Below the pieces are notes generated by a model, which saw only the letters and a program-made list of their open reading frames with translations, searched no databases and had not been told where the DNA came from. From an uncultured archaeon (lineage in GTDB: Archaea > Asgardarchaeota > Lokiarchaeia > Sigyniarchaeales > SOKP01): 64,000 bases of DNA. A program made the position numbers and the translations under genes. This document shows positions 38,994-48,124 of this stretch, one piece after another. How positions within the stretch are numbered: position 1 is the stretch's first letter; each line of letters opens with the position of its first letter. Where the stretch lies: assembly GCA_964409945.1 (NCBI GenBank), contig CAYPFJ010000013.1, positions 1,996 through 65,995 on the forward strand, in the 5' to 3' direction.

Positions 38994-39572
38994 TTATTTC
39001 TTTGAATTTAACCAATCTTCCTTTGATAAACGATACAGCTTTCCATTAATATATTTTCCATCAATAAATAAATCATTTTTCTCTAATCCCCGATACTTAA
39101 ATCCAATTTTCTCAGCAACGCTCCATGAACTTATGTTTTCAACAGCTGCTCCTGCTTGTAATATATTAAGATTCAATTCATTAAATGCATATTCTATAAT
39201 CATTCTTGCACCTTCTGTAGCTATATCTTTTCCCCAATATTCTGGTTCTCCAATGAAAAGAAATATATTTGCCCATCCATTAACCCAGTCAATCCCTGAC
39301 AAGCCTACTTCACCTATTGGTCTTTTATCTTTTTTATGCCAAAGTTCAAAAGCAATACCTCTGGGGATTCTCCCCTCTTGGGATTCAAACCATTTTTTAA
39401 TATCGTCACTAGTAACTGGCATTACCCATCGAGCAAATTTTCTAACTTTTGGGTGATTTAACCATTTTAAATATAAATTGATATGTTCTGAATTTGGAGG
39501 AATAAGACTAATGATTTTTCCATCGATAAAAACTGGAACTTCTTTATCTTCTATTACTTCTTTCTCTCTCAT
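38994..39572 (-). CDS. GNAT N-acetyltransferase, RimJ/RimL-like (array copy 3)
   Basis: Same motif set (IDWVNGWANIFLFIGEPEYWGK). I prefer the ATG at 39572, which forms an ATGA start/stop overlap with copy 4, over the track start at 39590. Confidence 0.85.
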   Translation of the reverse strand: MREKEVIEDKEVPVFIDGKIISLIPPNSEHINLYLKWLNHPKVRKFARWVMPVTSDDIKKWFESQEGRIPRGIAFELWHKKDKRPIGEVGLSGIDWVNGWANIFLFIGEPEYWGKDIATEGARMIIEYAFNELNLNILQAGAAVENISSWSVAEKIGFKYRGLEKNDLFIDGKYINGKLYRLSKEDWLNSKK

Positions 39573-40141
39573 AACTTTCTTTCTCTCCACTCATCTTTTA
39601 ATAGATAGTATGTTTTAACATCAACATATTCTCCATCTACAAAAAGCTCATCCTTTCTGATTCCTTCAAAAGTAAATCCTCTTTTTTCAGCTACTGTCCA
39701 AGACCCAATATTAGCAACTATCGCTCCAGCATGTAATTTATGAAGATTTAGTTCACTAAAAGCATATTCAATGATCAGATCTGTAACTTCAGTGGCAATA
39801 TTTTTATTCCAATAATCAGGTTCGCCAATAGTCATCCCTACATTCGCCCAACCATTTACCCAATCTATACCAGTTAAGAAAGTATGACCAACTGGCTTAT
39901 TATCCATTTTATGCCAAATTTCAAGTACAATAAAATTCCGAACTCTTCCTTCTTGAGGTTCAAACCATCCTTTCGCGTCATTTACTGTTATGGGTATCAT
40001 ATTACGAGCATATTTACGGACTTTTGGGTCATTTATCCATTTTACATATAAATTTACTCGTTCTAAGCTCTGAGGTATTAAATAGACATTTTGCCCTTCA
40101 ATAAACAAAGGAATTTCTTGTTTTTCCATGCTGTTTATCAC
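39569..40141 (-). CDS. GNAT N-acetyltransferase, RimJ/RimL-like (array copy 4)
   Basis: IPLFIEGQNVYLIP, IDWVNGWANVGMTIGEPDYWNK, SWTVAEKRGFTFEG. Confidence 0.85.
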   Translation of the reverse strand: MINSMEKQEIPLFIEGQNVYLIPQSLERVNLYVKWINDPKVRKYARNMIPITVNDAKGWFEPQEGRVRNFIVLEIWHKMDNKPVGHTFLTGIDWVNGWANVGMTIGEPDYWNKNIATEVTDLIIEYAFSELNLHKLHAGAIVANIGSWTVAEKRGFTFEGIRKDELFVDGEYVDVKTYYLLKDEWRERKL

Positions 40142-40160
40142 AATTTAATGAGATTATTAT

Positions 40161-40763
40161 TTAATCCTTTTTCAATTCTCTAGATTTTATCCAATCTTCT
40201 TTTGACAACCGAAATATTTTTGCATCAACATATTTTCCATCAACATACATTTCATGCTTTCTTATTCCATCAAGTACAAACCCAATCTTCCCTGCTACAG
40301 ACCATGAGCCAATATTATCAACAGCAACTCCTCCGTGTATTTTATTTAGTTTCAACTCATTAAATGCATATTCCATGAGCAATTCAGTAGCTTCCGTCCC
40401 AATATCTTTATTCCAATAATTTGGTTCTCCAATTTGAAGAAAAGCATTTGCCCACCCATTTACCCAATCTATATGGCTTAATCCAATTTGACCTATTGGT
40501 TTCTTATCTTCTTTATGCCAAACGTCTAATGATACAAAATCGCTAATTTCTTCACTTCTACTTTCTGACTTTTTTTTCTGTTCATCTATTGTCCTTGGTA
40601 TTATATTACGAGCATATTTACGGACTTTAGGATGATTCTTCCATTTTACATATAAATTCGCATATTTGGAGTTTCGAGGGCAAAGATCTATTCTCGATCC
40701 TCGAATAAATGGAAATTCTTCCGTTTCCTCATTTTGTTTAGATTCTTCTTCTTTCTTCGCCAC
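40161..40763 (-). CDS. GNAT N-acetyltransferase, RimJ/RimL-like (array copy 5)
   Basis: FPFIRGSRIDLCP, IDWVNGWANAFLQIGEPNYWNK, SWSVAGKIGFVLDG. Confidence 0.85.
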   Translation of the reverse strand: MAKKEEESKQNEETEEFPFIRGSRIDLCPRNSKYANLYVKWKNHPKVRKYARNIIPRTIDEQKKKSESRSEEISDFVSLDVWHKEDKKPIGQIGLSHIDWVNGWANAFLQIGEPNYWNKDIGTEATELLMEYAFNELKLNKIHGGVAVDNIGSWSVAGKIGFVLDGIRKHEMYVDGKYVDAKIFRLSKEDWIKSRELKKD

Positions 40764-40799
40764 TAAATTAACCTCTTAATTTTAAAAATTAGGGAAACA

Positions 40800-41357
40800 T
40801 TATTTCATCCAATCGTCTTTAAATATTGAATATTCGAGTACATCCATATGCTCTCCATCAATATAAACTTCTTTCTTAAGTGTAATTTCAAGCTTAAAAC
40901 CTAATTTCTCTGCTATTTGTATCGAAGCTTTATTTAGTGCAAACAAACGTGCCGTGATTTTGTGTAAGTTTAACTCTTTATAAGCATAATCTAAAACCAA
41001 CTTTCCTACTTCAGTTCCAATGTGTTGTTTCCAATATTTTGGATCAATTATATAAGATATATGTGCATTGCGAGTAAACCATTGAATTCTAAATAAATTT
41101 GCCAAACCTATTGGTTTTTTATCTTTTTTATGCCATATCTCGAAGAAGATATCCTCTTTTACAGCCTCTTTCTTTGGTTCGAACATTTTCTTTACCTCAT
41201 CAATTGTTTGAGGCATATTAAATTTTGTAAATTTCCTAGTTTCTGGATGATTCATCCAACCAGCATATAGGTTAACGTGATCTGCATTTGCTACACAAAG
41301 AGAGACAGTTTCTCCTTCAACAAATGGTAACACTATTTCCTCTTTTCCTTCTGACAT
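40800..41357 (-). CDS. GNAT N-acetyltransferase, RimJ/RimL-like (array copy 6, the most divergent together with copy 1)
   Basis: LPFVEGETVSLCV, IQWFTRNAHISYIIDPKYWKQ, ASIQIAEKLGFKLE. Confidence 0.85.
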   Translation of the reverse strand: MSEGKEEIVLPFVEGETVSLCVANADHVNLYAGWMNHPETRKFTKFNMPQTIDEVKKMFEPKKEAVKEDIFFEIWHKKDKKPIGLANLFRIQWFTRNAHISYIIDPKYWKQHIGTEVGKLVLDYAYKELNLHKITARLFALNKASIQIAEKLGFKLEITLKKEVYIDGEHMDVLEYSIFKDDWMK

Positions 41358-41610
41358 ACTTCAAAAAATTTATATTTTTTATTGTTATAGTTCTAAAATG
41401 AGCCATAATATATTAAATCTAAGATGTGTGGAAATATGTTGCAGTTTATTTTAAGAGATATTTTATTAAAATACCCAAATCAAAAATTAGATATACTTTA
41501 CGGTATTGTTAGACATCGAGTCTGAAATTTTTAAGCCCTTTATTAGTAAAAGGAAAAAATTGAGAAGATTTTATAATTTAATTATATCTTAATTTAGATT
41601 ATAGAAAAAA

Positions 41611-42696
41611 CTACCTGAAAATAATTTTTTGTATAAATTCACCAATCTTAATTATAGCTTCTTTTGCTTCTGGCAGATTATGCAACCCAAATCCTTGGAA
41701 GACATGAATTGTATCTTTCCATTCCTGTAATGTAGCATCAACCCCCGCTGCTTTAGCTCGTTCAATGAAACGAGTAGAATGATCATATAACATTTCACTA
41801 GTACTTACTTGAAGGAGAATTGGAGGTAATCCTTTTAAATCTGCAAATAAAGGTGAAATCAATGGATTATTCGGATCCGCTCCCGCTAAATATGCTGGTA
41901 TCCACCAAAAAATCCCAATATCTGCTAAAATCGGATCTGTTTCAGCATTTTCATAAAAAGTTTTACTCTCTGCTGTAAAATCGGTCGCGGGTGATAATGC
42001 TACTGCTCCAGCAGGTAAGATTATTTTTTCATCTCTTAATTTAATTAAAGTACTTAGTGTTAAACTACCACCTGCAGAATCTCCAGCAATAATTATATTT
42101 TCAGCTCTAAAACCTTGTGAAAGAAGCCATTTATAAGCTTTCACACAATCTTCTAAAGGAGCTGGGAAAGGATGTTCAGGTGCGAGACGATAATCAACAC
42201 TTAACACACGCAATTTAGTACGTTGAGCAATTTCTATAGTTAAGGCTCTATGAGTCTTTGGCGACATCAAAACGAAACCTCCTCCATGAAAATATAAAAC
42301 GACTTTATCCTTTTGCGCACCGGGTACTATTTGCCATTCAGCAAGAACTCCTCCAGCATTAATTTCTTCAATTCGTACATCTTCTGGAAGTGGAAATTGT
42401 TCTAATTCGGCTTCTGTATAATATTCAACAACAAATCTAAAAAATTTTGCTAGTAAAAGCATTTCCTCATCACTAAAGAATCCATATAAATCTTCTACAC
42501 TTCCTTTATTTTCAGATAACAACTGAAAGAGTTTTTTATTTCCTTCTTCGACTTTTTGCATATATACTTGGAGATTAAATCCTTTGTTTTCTTTAAATTT
42601 AAGAAATTCTAATGCACCTTTCATTTGAAGCTTTTGATTCTCATCTATAGCTTTAAGAATCTCAGGACGAATTTTTGACCTATCTAATATTGGCAT
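41611..42696 (-). CDS. Alpha/beta-hydrolase carboxylesterase/lipase of the hormone-sensitive-lipase (HSL, family IV) type with a ~100-aa N-terminal extension
   Basis: The oxyanion motif is YFHGGGF, the nucleophile elbow is GDSAGG, and the C-terminal segment is DTIHVF. Confidence 0.85.
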   Translation of the reverse strand: MPILDRSKIRPEILKAIDENQKLQMKGALEFLKFKENKGFNLQVYMQKVEEGNKKLFQLLSENKGSVEDLYGFFSDEEMLLLAKFFRFVVEYYTEAELEQFPLPEDVRIEEINAGGVLAEWQIVPGAQKDKVVLYFHGGGFVLMSPKTHRALTIEIAQRTKLRVLSVDYRLAPEHPFPAPLEDCVKAYKWLLSQGFRAENIIIAGDSAGGSLTLSTLIKLRDEKIILPAGAVALSPATDFTAESKTFYENAETDPILADIGIFWWIPAYLAGADPNNPLISPLFADLKGLPPILLQVSTSEMLYDHSTRFIERAKAAGVDATLQEWKDTIHVFQGFGLHNLPEAKEAIIKIGEFIQKIIFR

Positions 42697-42844
42697 GCTC
42701 TTTTTACACCTAATTGTATAATTTAAAATTAAGATCTCTTAATGGTTCTTTTACATTTTAATATTCTTATTATAATACAACAAAAGCTAAAAATAGAGAA
42801 AAAAAAGATAATAATTTTTATAGGTTGTAAATATTTAATATAGA

Positions 42845-43057
42845 TTAGATAATTGTCATTGCCAAGTCCATGTCCTGAAGAGTTAATTTCTTCCTTCCCG
42901 CATGTCGAGTCATTTCAAGAGCTTTATTCGTCATTACTTTAGCTAATTTTTCTAAATAATCAATTAAGGCATCAACAGCATCTCGAGCAACCATTTCAGC
43001 ACCGTTGTCTTTCATTAACTTTCGAACAGGTGACCAGGCAAATACTTTTTTGGCCAT
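42845..43057 (-). CDS. Archaeal histone (HMfA/B-type histone fold)
   Basis: The 70-aa sequence PVRKLMKDNGAEMVARDAVDALIDYLEKLAKVMTNKALEMTRHAGRKKLTLQDMDLA matches the single histone-fold pattern. A GGAGG lies about 10 nt upstream of the ATG. Confidence 0.9.
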   Translation of the reverse strand: MAKKVFAWSPVRKLMKDNGAEMVARDAVDALIDYLEKLAKVMTNKALEMTRHAGRKKLTLQDMDLAMTII

Positions 43058-43366
43058 TTTATTATTCCTCCACTTTCTAATTTTATTAATAGTTACTTAA
43101 AGTTCACATTTTTTAACATGAACTTTATTATATTATAATATTTCTTTCAAATATTTAAAGCTTCCGTAAAATTTTCGATAGAGTATGATTCGGTTAATAA
43201 TTTTATCTGATCGACAAAATTGCGATGTCTGAAATGCACGCTGGTGGATATGGATCTGAGCTGTTAGATCTAAGATTTTTTTTGATTTTAAATTTTTTAA
43301 TTAGAGAAGGTAAAATAGTTAAGATTTTTTACCCATCCTATAATTTGAATTATTCATTGATAATTT

Positions 43367-43939
43367 TCAGAGTGTTTTACGCATTACGTAATAATCTTTA
43401 AATTCTTTATAAATAGAAAATTCCTCAGATGCGTATAATGAAAATGGTCCTCGATAACTATGAGCATCTGATAATTCTTCTCCTTTCCTTGGGTATACTT
43501 CAATTAAATCATAACCTTTATCCTTCGAGCTAGAGCAAGCATAATTCAGAAGTTGTTTGGCTACACCTTGTTTTCTATATGAAGGAGCGACTACAAAGCA
43601 AATAAGTGAAGCGATTTTAGCCTCTGATTCTTCTTCATAAGGGATTTTTGCATAATTTTCCTTAATATTAATGTTACACCATCCAATTGGTTTTCCATCT
43701 AAATATGCCATATATCCATTCATCTTTTCAGAAAGGATAAGCTCTTTTGAAGCTTTTCTATTTTGTTCTGCAGTTCTTTTATTAAATTGTTTATTGGTTC
43801 CAGCAAAATGATAAAAATGACAGTAACAAATAGCCCAATCAGGATTATCAGAAAATGCAACTTTATCAAAAAAATATAGAAAATCTTCAAGAAGATCAGG
43901 AGTTAAAGACTTTATCTGAATATCCAATTTTGTAGTCAC
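43367..43939 (-). CDS. GNAT family N-acetyltransferase (unrelated to the six-copy array)
   Basis: The acetyl-CoA motif A is VVAPSYRKQGVAKQLL. Confidence 0.8.
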   Translation of the reverse strand: MTTKLDIQIKSLTPDLLEDFLYFFDKVAFSDNPDWAICYCHFYHFAGTNKQFNKRTAEQNRKASKELILSEKMNGYMAYLDGKPIGWCNINIKENYAKIPYEEESEAKIASLICFVVAPSYRKQGVAKQLLNYACSSSKDKGYDLIEVYPRKGEELSDAHSYRGPFSLYASEEFSIYKEFKDYYVMRKTL

Positions 43940-43966
43940 CTCAAGTATAGAAAAAGAGATTGAAGA

Positions 43967-45526
43967 TTAATATTTTTCATCTATTGCAGACAACATAACT
44001 TCTAATTGGTCGAATATATCTAAACGAAAGTCAAGCCCTATTCTAAAGAATAAGAGATCTACTACTTTTTTATCAATACGTTCATCAATATTTAAATGAT
44101 CAATTATTTCTGACCAATTAATACTCTCAGAAGCTCGTATTCCAATTAAAATTACAACATTCTTTTTCCCATTTTCAACAATTTTTAGAATCATTTCTCT
44201 AAAATTTGGATCAATTTGCTCTTTGGAACGCACATCAAAAACACAAAAGATTCCATCAGAACTGGAAATATCATCAAGAGCAGAATATTCATGTTGTTTT
44301 AAAATCATCCCATTCGTATATTGGTAAACCTGTTCATCATCATAATCTCTTATCAATGACTTTTCTCCTAATTTGCTTATACTAGTAATTATTTGTAACC
44401 CAGGACTCCAAACCGAGCTTTCAGTTATAAATGATAAAGTGAAAACAATTTTTTTCTTCAGTATAGAGTTAATTATATTAAATAATAATTCACTACGCCT
44501 TTCATCTTCAATTTCTTTACTCTTCATTACATAGTGATATGAAATTAAGTTAAATGCATCCTCAACATTACTTCCAGTTAACGCACTTGTCTCAATATAT
44601 GACAACTTAATTTTTTCGCTTTCTGAAAGGTTGTTCGCTAATTTAGCACCTTCTTGATAATAGACTTTTCTATCTTCAAGCAAATCAGTCTTGTTTCCAA
44701 CTATTACAATTGGTATGTCTTCTCCTAATGTAAAGAGCCTTAGTTCCTCATACCAACTTTTAACATTTTCGAAAGATTCACGATTAGCAAGATCAAATAC
44801 GATGAAAGCTGCTTGAGCGCCTAAATAATAGATTTTTCGAAATCTTTTGAAATATTTCTGAGCACCAAGATCATACAAACTTACGCCTATTTTGTTTCCA
44901 AAAAATTCAAACTCATGAGACAAGATATTAATGCCAATAGTTGCTCTATAATCTGTTGTATATCTTTTTTCAACAAATCTACGGATGATTGAAGTTTTTC
45001 CAACTTCGTGATCTCCCAAAATTACGAATTTAAAACGATATTCCCCATCTAGACCTAACTCCATCTGGTATAACTGATTTTTCAATCGTTCAACGTTGCC
45101 TGCTTCATATTCAAAATTTGGAATTTCTACTTGAATTAAATCGCCCTCTTCAGCTGTGAGAATTTGAGCCGTTTTTTCTGCAAGAAAAAATCCGTAGGGA
45201 GAAATTTTTTCAATTGAAGCCATACTTTCTAAGACCAAACTTATAATTCTTTCTTCATCAACAGAAATAAATAGTAGACGATGATCTTCGGTATCGAAAC
45301 TTGCAGTACCAAATTTTTGAAATTCAAATTCACTACGCATTCTTTCTAATATGGGATTGATTATTGACGTTAAAACTGAAACGAGTTCAATGTCAACATC
45401 TTTTCTTTTTTCTCCCGCAATAACTAATCCTTCATTATCAGAAACAATAACAGATTCTACTTCTCTATTAGATTCGAGAAACTTATTAAATAATTCTCTA
45501 AAGAGCTTATTTTTCTGTATCGTCAA
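43967..45526 (-). CDS. Roadblock/LC7 (MglB-like) domain + Rab/Ras-like small GTPase + C-terminal degenerate GTPase-like domain
   Basis: The Roadblock part is VESVIVSDNEGLVIAGEKRKDVDIELVSVLTSIINPILERM. G1 is ILGDHEVGKTS, G3 is YDLGAQ, G4 is GNKTD and G5 is ETSA. The C-terminal segment GIFCVFDVRSKEQ...VVILIGIRAS mimics the G3-G4 strands without a P-loop. Confidence 0.85.
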   Translation of the reverse strand: MTIQKNKLFRELFNKFLESNREVESVIVSDNEGLVIAGEKRKDVDIELVSVLTSIINPILERMRSEFEFQKFGTASFDTEDHRLLFISVDEERIISLVLESMASIEKISPYGFFLAEKTAQILTAEEGDLIQVEIPNFEYEAGNVERLKNQLYQMELGLDGEYRFKFVILGDHEVGKTSIIRRFVEKRYTTDYRATIGINILSHEFEFFGNKIGVSLYDLGAQKYFKRFRKIYYLGAQAAFIVFDLANRESFENVKSWYEELRLFTLGEDIPIVIVGNKTDLLEDRKVYYQEGAKLANNLSESEKIKLSYIETSALTGSNVEDAFNLISYHYVMKSKEIEDERRSELLFNIINSILKKKIVFTLSFITESSVWSPGLQIITSISKLGEKSLIRDYDDEQVYQYTNGMILKQHEYSALDDISSSDGIFCVFDVRSKEQIDPNFREMILKIVENGKKNVVILIGIRASESINWSEIIDHLNIDERIDKKVVDLLFFRIGLDFRLDIFDQLEVMLSAIDEKY

Positions 45527-45678
45527 GAATTTCTCTCCCTTCTTAAATTATAACCTAATAATCTTATTCTTATCTATATAATAAATAATTATCATTTGAA
45601 TTTTTATTATTATTGATTATTAATAATCACTGATATTCTTTTATTGCATGAATTCAAGATACTTATTATTAGTAAGGC

Positions 45679-47265
45679 TTAAAGATACTTAATTGTGTTT
45701 AACATAACCTTTAATTGATCGTAAATTTCTAGTCTATATTCAAGTCCTATTTTGAAGAATAATAATGATACCATCTTTTTTTCCAATAATTCGTTAACAC
45801 TAAAGTCTTCCATGATTACTGACCAGTCGCTTTTATCTGACACCCTAATTCCTATCAATACCACTTTATTCTCTCCAATTTCGTTTATAATTTTTGCAAC
45901 AACATTTTTCCAATCTTGGATTATATGTTCTTTTTCTCGCGCATCGAAAATACAAAATACTCCATCAGAACTAGTAACATCAAAATTGTTGTAAAGAAAA
46001 TTTTTTACTATTACTCCATTTGAAAATTTATAGAATTTCTCATCCCTTTCATCCTTTATTTTCTCACATTCGTTTGAAATATTGATTTCAGAGAGTATCT
46101 GAAGCCCAGGGCTCCAAAATTCATTTTCTGATATAACTGTTAAGGTTAATAATGAGCTTTGATCTTCTACTTCTTGTTTTCTTTTCATTATAATCAAATT
46201 AAGTTCTTCTAATAGATCTTGCTTGACAATATCCTCTTCTTCTTCTTTACTTTTAGAGATATAATGAAATGCTATTAAAGTAAAGGCATCTTCCACATTT
46301 TCCCCCGATAAAGCACTAGTTTCAATATAGGAGATTTTAATGTTAGGTTTTTGGGATAAGCTATTTACTAGTTGTACACCATCTTGATATTCTACCACTC
46401 GTTGTTCCTTCAAATCACATTTATTTCCAATAATTATGATAGGAATTTCCCTACCACTAATAAATTCTTCCAATTCAGCATACCATTGTTTTACATTCTC
46501 ATAGGACTCTTTCTTTGTTAAATCAAATACAATAAATGCTGCTTGGGTACCTAAATAATAAGTTTGGCGAAAGCGTTTGAAATAAACTTGAGCTCCTACG
46601 TCCCACAGACTGTAAATGATTTCATTTCCAAAAAATTCTATAGAATGGGATAAAATGTTTAATCCTATTGTAGCACGATAATCATGAGAAAATCTATTTT
46701 CTACAAAACGTCGTACTAAAGATGTTTTACCTACTTCATGATCTCCAATGATTACAAATTTAAATCTATATTTTCCTCCTTGATCTAATCTCATTTGATA
46801 AATTTGATTCTTCACCCTATCATTCCGCGATATTTCATCAGTTTCATATTCAAAATTTGGAATTGCAAGTTGGATCTTATCACCCTCTTCTGCGTTAAGA
46901 ATTTGTACAGATTTTTCTGCTAAGAGATATGCATATGGACTAGCTTTATCGATCGACGCTAAATTATTTAATACGACACTAAGAGTTCTATGCTCATCTA
47001 AAGAAATAAATAGTAATCTGTAGAATTCTGTATCGAAGCTTGCAGTACCAAATTTTTTGAACATAAATTCATCACGAATTCTCTCAACAATCGGATTTAT
47101 GATAGAAGTTAAAACTGAGACGATTTCCATATCTACATCGCTTCTTTTTTCACCTGCAATAACTAAACCCTGTTGGTCACTTACAATTACAGCTTCTACA
47201 TCTTTATTTACTTCTAAGAATTGGTTGAATAATTCGATAAAGAGTCTATTCCTATTTATTGACAT
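45679..47265 (-). CDS. Roadblock/LC7 domain + Rab/Ras-like small GTPase + degenerate GTPase-like domain (tandem paralog)
   Basis: VEAVIVSDQQGLVIAGEKRSDVDMEIVSVLTSIINPIVERI. G1 is IIGDHEVGKTS, G3 is WDVGAQ, G4 is GNKCD and G5 is ETSA. The architecture matches the neighbour. Confidence 0.85.
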   Translation of the reverse strand: MSINRNRLFIELFNQFLEVNKDVEAVIVSDQQGLVIAGEKRSDVDMEIVSVLTSIINPIVERIRDEFMFKKFGTASFDTEFYRLLFISLDEHRTLSVVLNNLASIDKASPYAYLLAEKSVQILNAEEGDKIQLAIPNFEYETDEISRNDRVKNQIYQMRLDQGGKYRFKFVIIGDHEVGKTSLVRRFVENRFSHDYRATIGLNILSHSIEFFGNEIIYSLWDVGAQVYFKRFRQTYYLGTQAAFIVFDLTKKESYENVKQWYAELEEFISGREIPIIIIGNKCDLKEQRVVEYQDGVQLVNSLSQKPNIKISYIETSALSGENVEDAFTLIAFHYISKSKEEEEDIVKQDLLEELNLIIMKRKQEVEDQSSLLTLTVISENEFWSPGLQILSEINISNECEKIKDERDEKFYKFSNGVIVKNFLYNNFDVTSSDGVFCIFDAREKEHIIQDWKNVVAKIINEIGENKVVLIGIRVSDKSDWSVIMEDFSVNELLEKKMVSLLFFKIGLEYRLEIYDQLKVMLNTIKYL

Positions 47266-47453
47266 GAATTTTTTTTACTCTTGTATATTTTTATTGGTGT
47301 TGTTTTCCTTATAATACCTATAAAAAAAGTTATTTTTATTATTTATTAAATCGTTGTTTCGAAATACATATTCTTATAAATTGCTATTTTTTTTAATTTA
47401 TTATATTACACCTTGAGTACCGAAAATTTTCAAAAAAAGTATAATAAAAAATA

Positions 47454-48041
47454 ATGCCTTCTTGTATAATTTGCCATTTAAATATAAATGAGAACACAGA
47501 TTCTTTTAAATCTTGTAAGAATTTACATCTTGTTCACAAAACCTGTCTAGCTGAATGGTTATTACACTCACAAAATTGTCCATTATGTAGTGAGCCATAT
47601 CCTCAGAGTTTAATTGATCAGTTTAAGGATTATAAAGATATGAAAGAAGAAGAAAAACAGGCTGCATTAAATAAAAAATTACAAAAAGAATCAAGAAAAA
47701 AAATGCAACAAGTTGCAGATAAAATCCTAATTCTTAAATTAGCTGAATCTATTGAACATTTGATTAAAGTAGAAAAGTTTGATGAGGCAATAGAAAAACT
47801 TTTAGATATATATAATGAAAATTCTACTGATGAGAGAGATTTAAATATTCTTTATCTATTAGGAAAAGCAAATTATCTAAAAGGACGATATGACATGGCA
47901 ATCAACTTTTTCTTTAAATTAGTTAAAATTAGATATAATTATCCTGATGGATTTTTATATTTAGGAAAATCGTATGAAAAACTTGGTCTCAAAGATAAAG
48001 CCCAATGGGCTTATGATAGGATTTCTTCCCCCCAAGACTAG
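47454..48041 (+). CDS. RING-H2 zinc-finger protein with a C-terminal TPR-like helical region
   Basis: C4-x2-C7-x13-C21-x3-H25-x2-H28-x2-C31-x10-C42-x2-C45 fits the RING-H2 consensus exactly, including the CLxxW context (LVHKTCLAEWLLHSQNCPLC). The C-terminal part (YLLGKANYLKGRYDMAINFFFKLV...YLGKSYEKLGLKDKAQWAY) is TPR-like. Confidence 0.75.
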   Translation: MPSCIICHLNINENTDSFKSCKNLHLVHKTCLAEWLLHSQNCPLCSEPYPQSLIDQFKDYKDMKEEEKQAALNKKLQKESRKKMQQVADKILILKLAESIEHLIKVEKFDEAIEKLLDIYNENSTDERDLNILYLLGKANYLKGRYDMAINFFFKLVKIRYNYPDGFLYLGKSYEKLGLKDKAQWAYDRISSPQD

Positions 48042-48124
48042 TTTTTTTATCGCTTATTATCTCAACTATTATATTATTATGAAATAAAGCAAATAATTTT
48101 ATTGGTTTTTAACCTACAATTATT

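Noticed and set aside
27601-39456. Track ORFs 27601..27807(-), 28375..28566(+), 29593..29805(+), 31147..31365(-), 33841..34098(-), 34765..35034(-), 35156..35473(-), 35421..35684(-), 36550..36858(+), 38351..38548(+), 38688..38870(+) and 39133..39456(+)
   Set aside because: All are nested antisense within well-supported genes (GTPase tail, phosphoesterase, CocE/NonD, AOR, MoaD-like pair, GPH transporter, GNAT copies).
43180-43290. Possible C/D-box sRNA in the GNAT-histone spacer (several CUGA motifs and an AUGAUU)
   Set aside because: There is no canonical RUGAUGA C box, the box spacing does not fit the 12-nt guide architecture, and there is no terminal stem. It is more likely just promoter/terminator sequence with a small hairpin plus a T-run.
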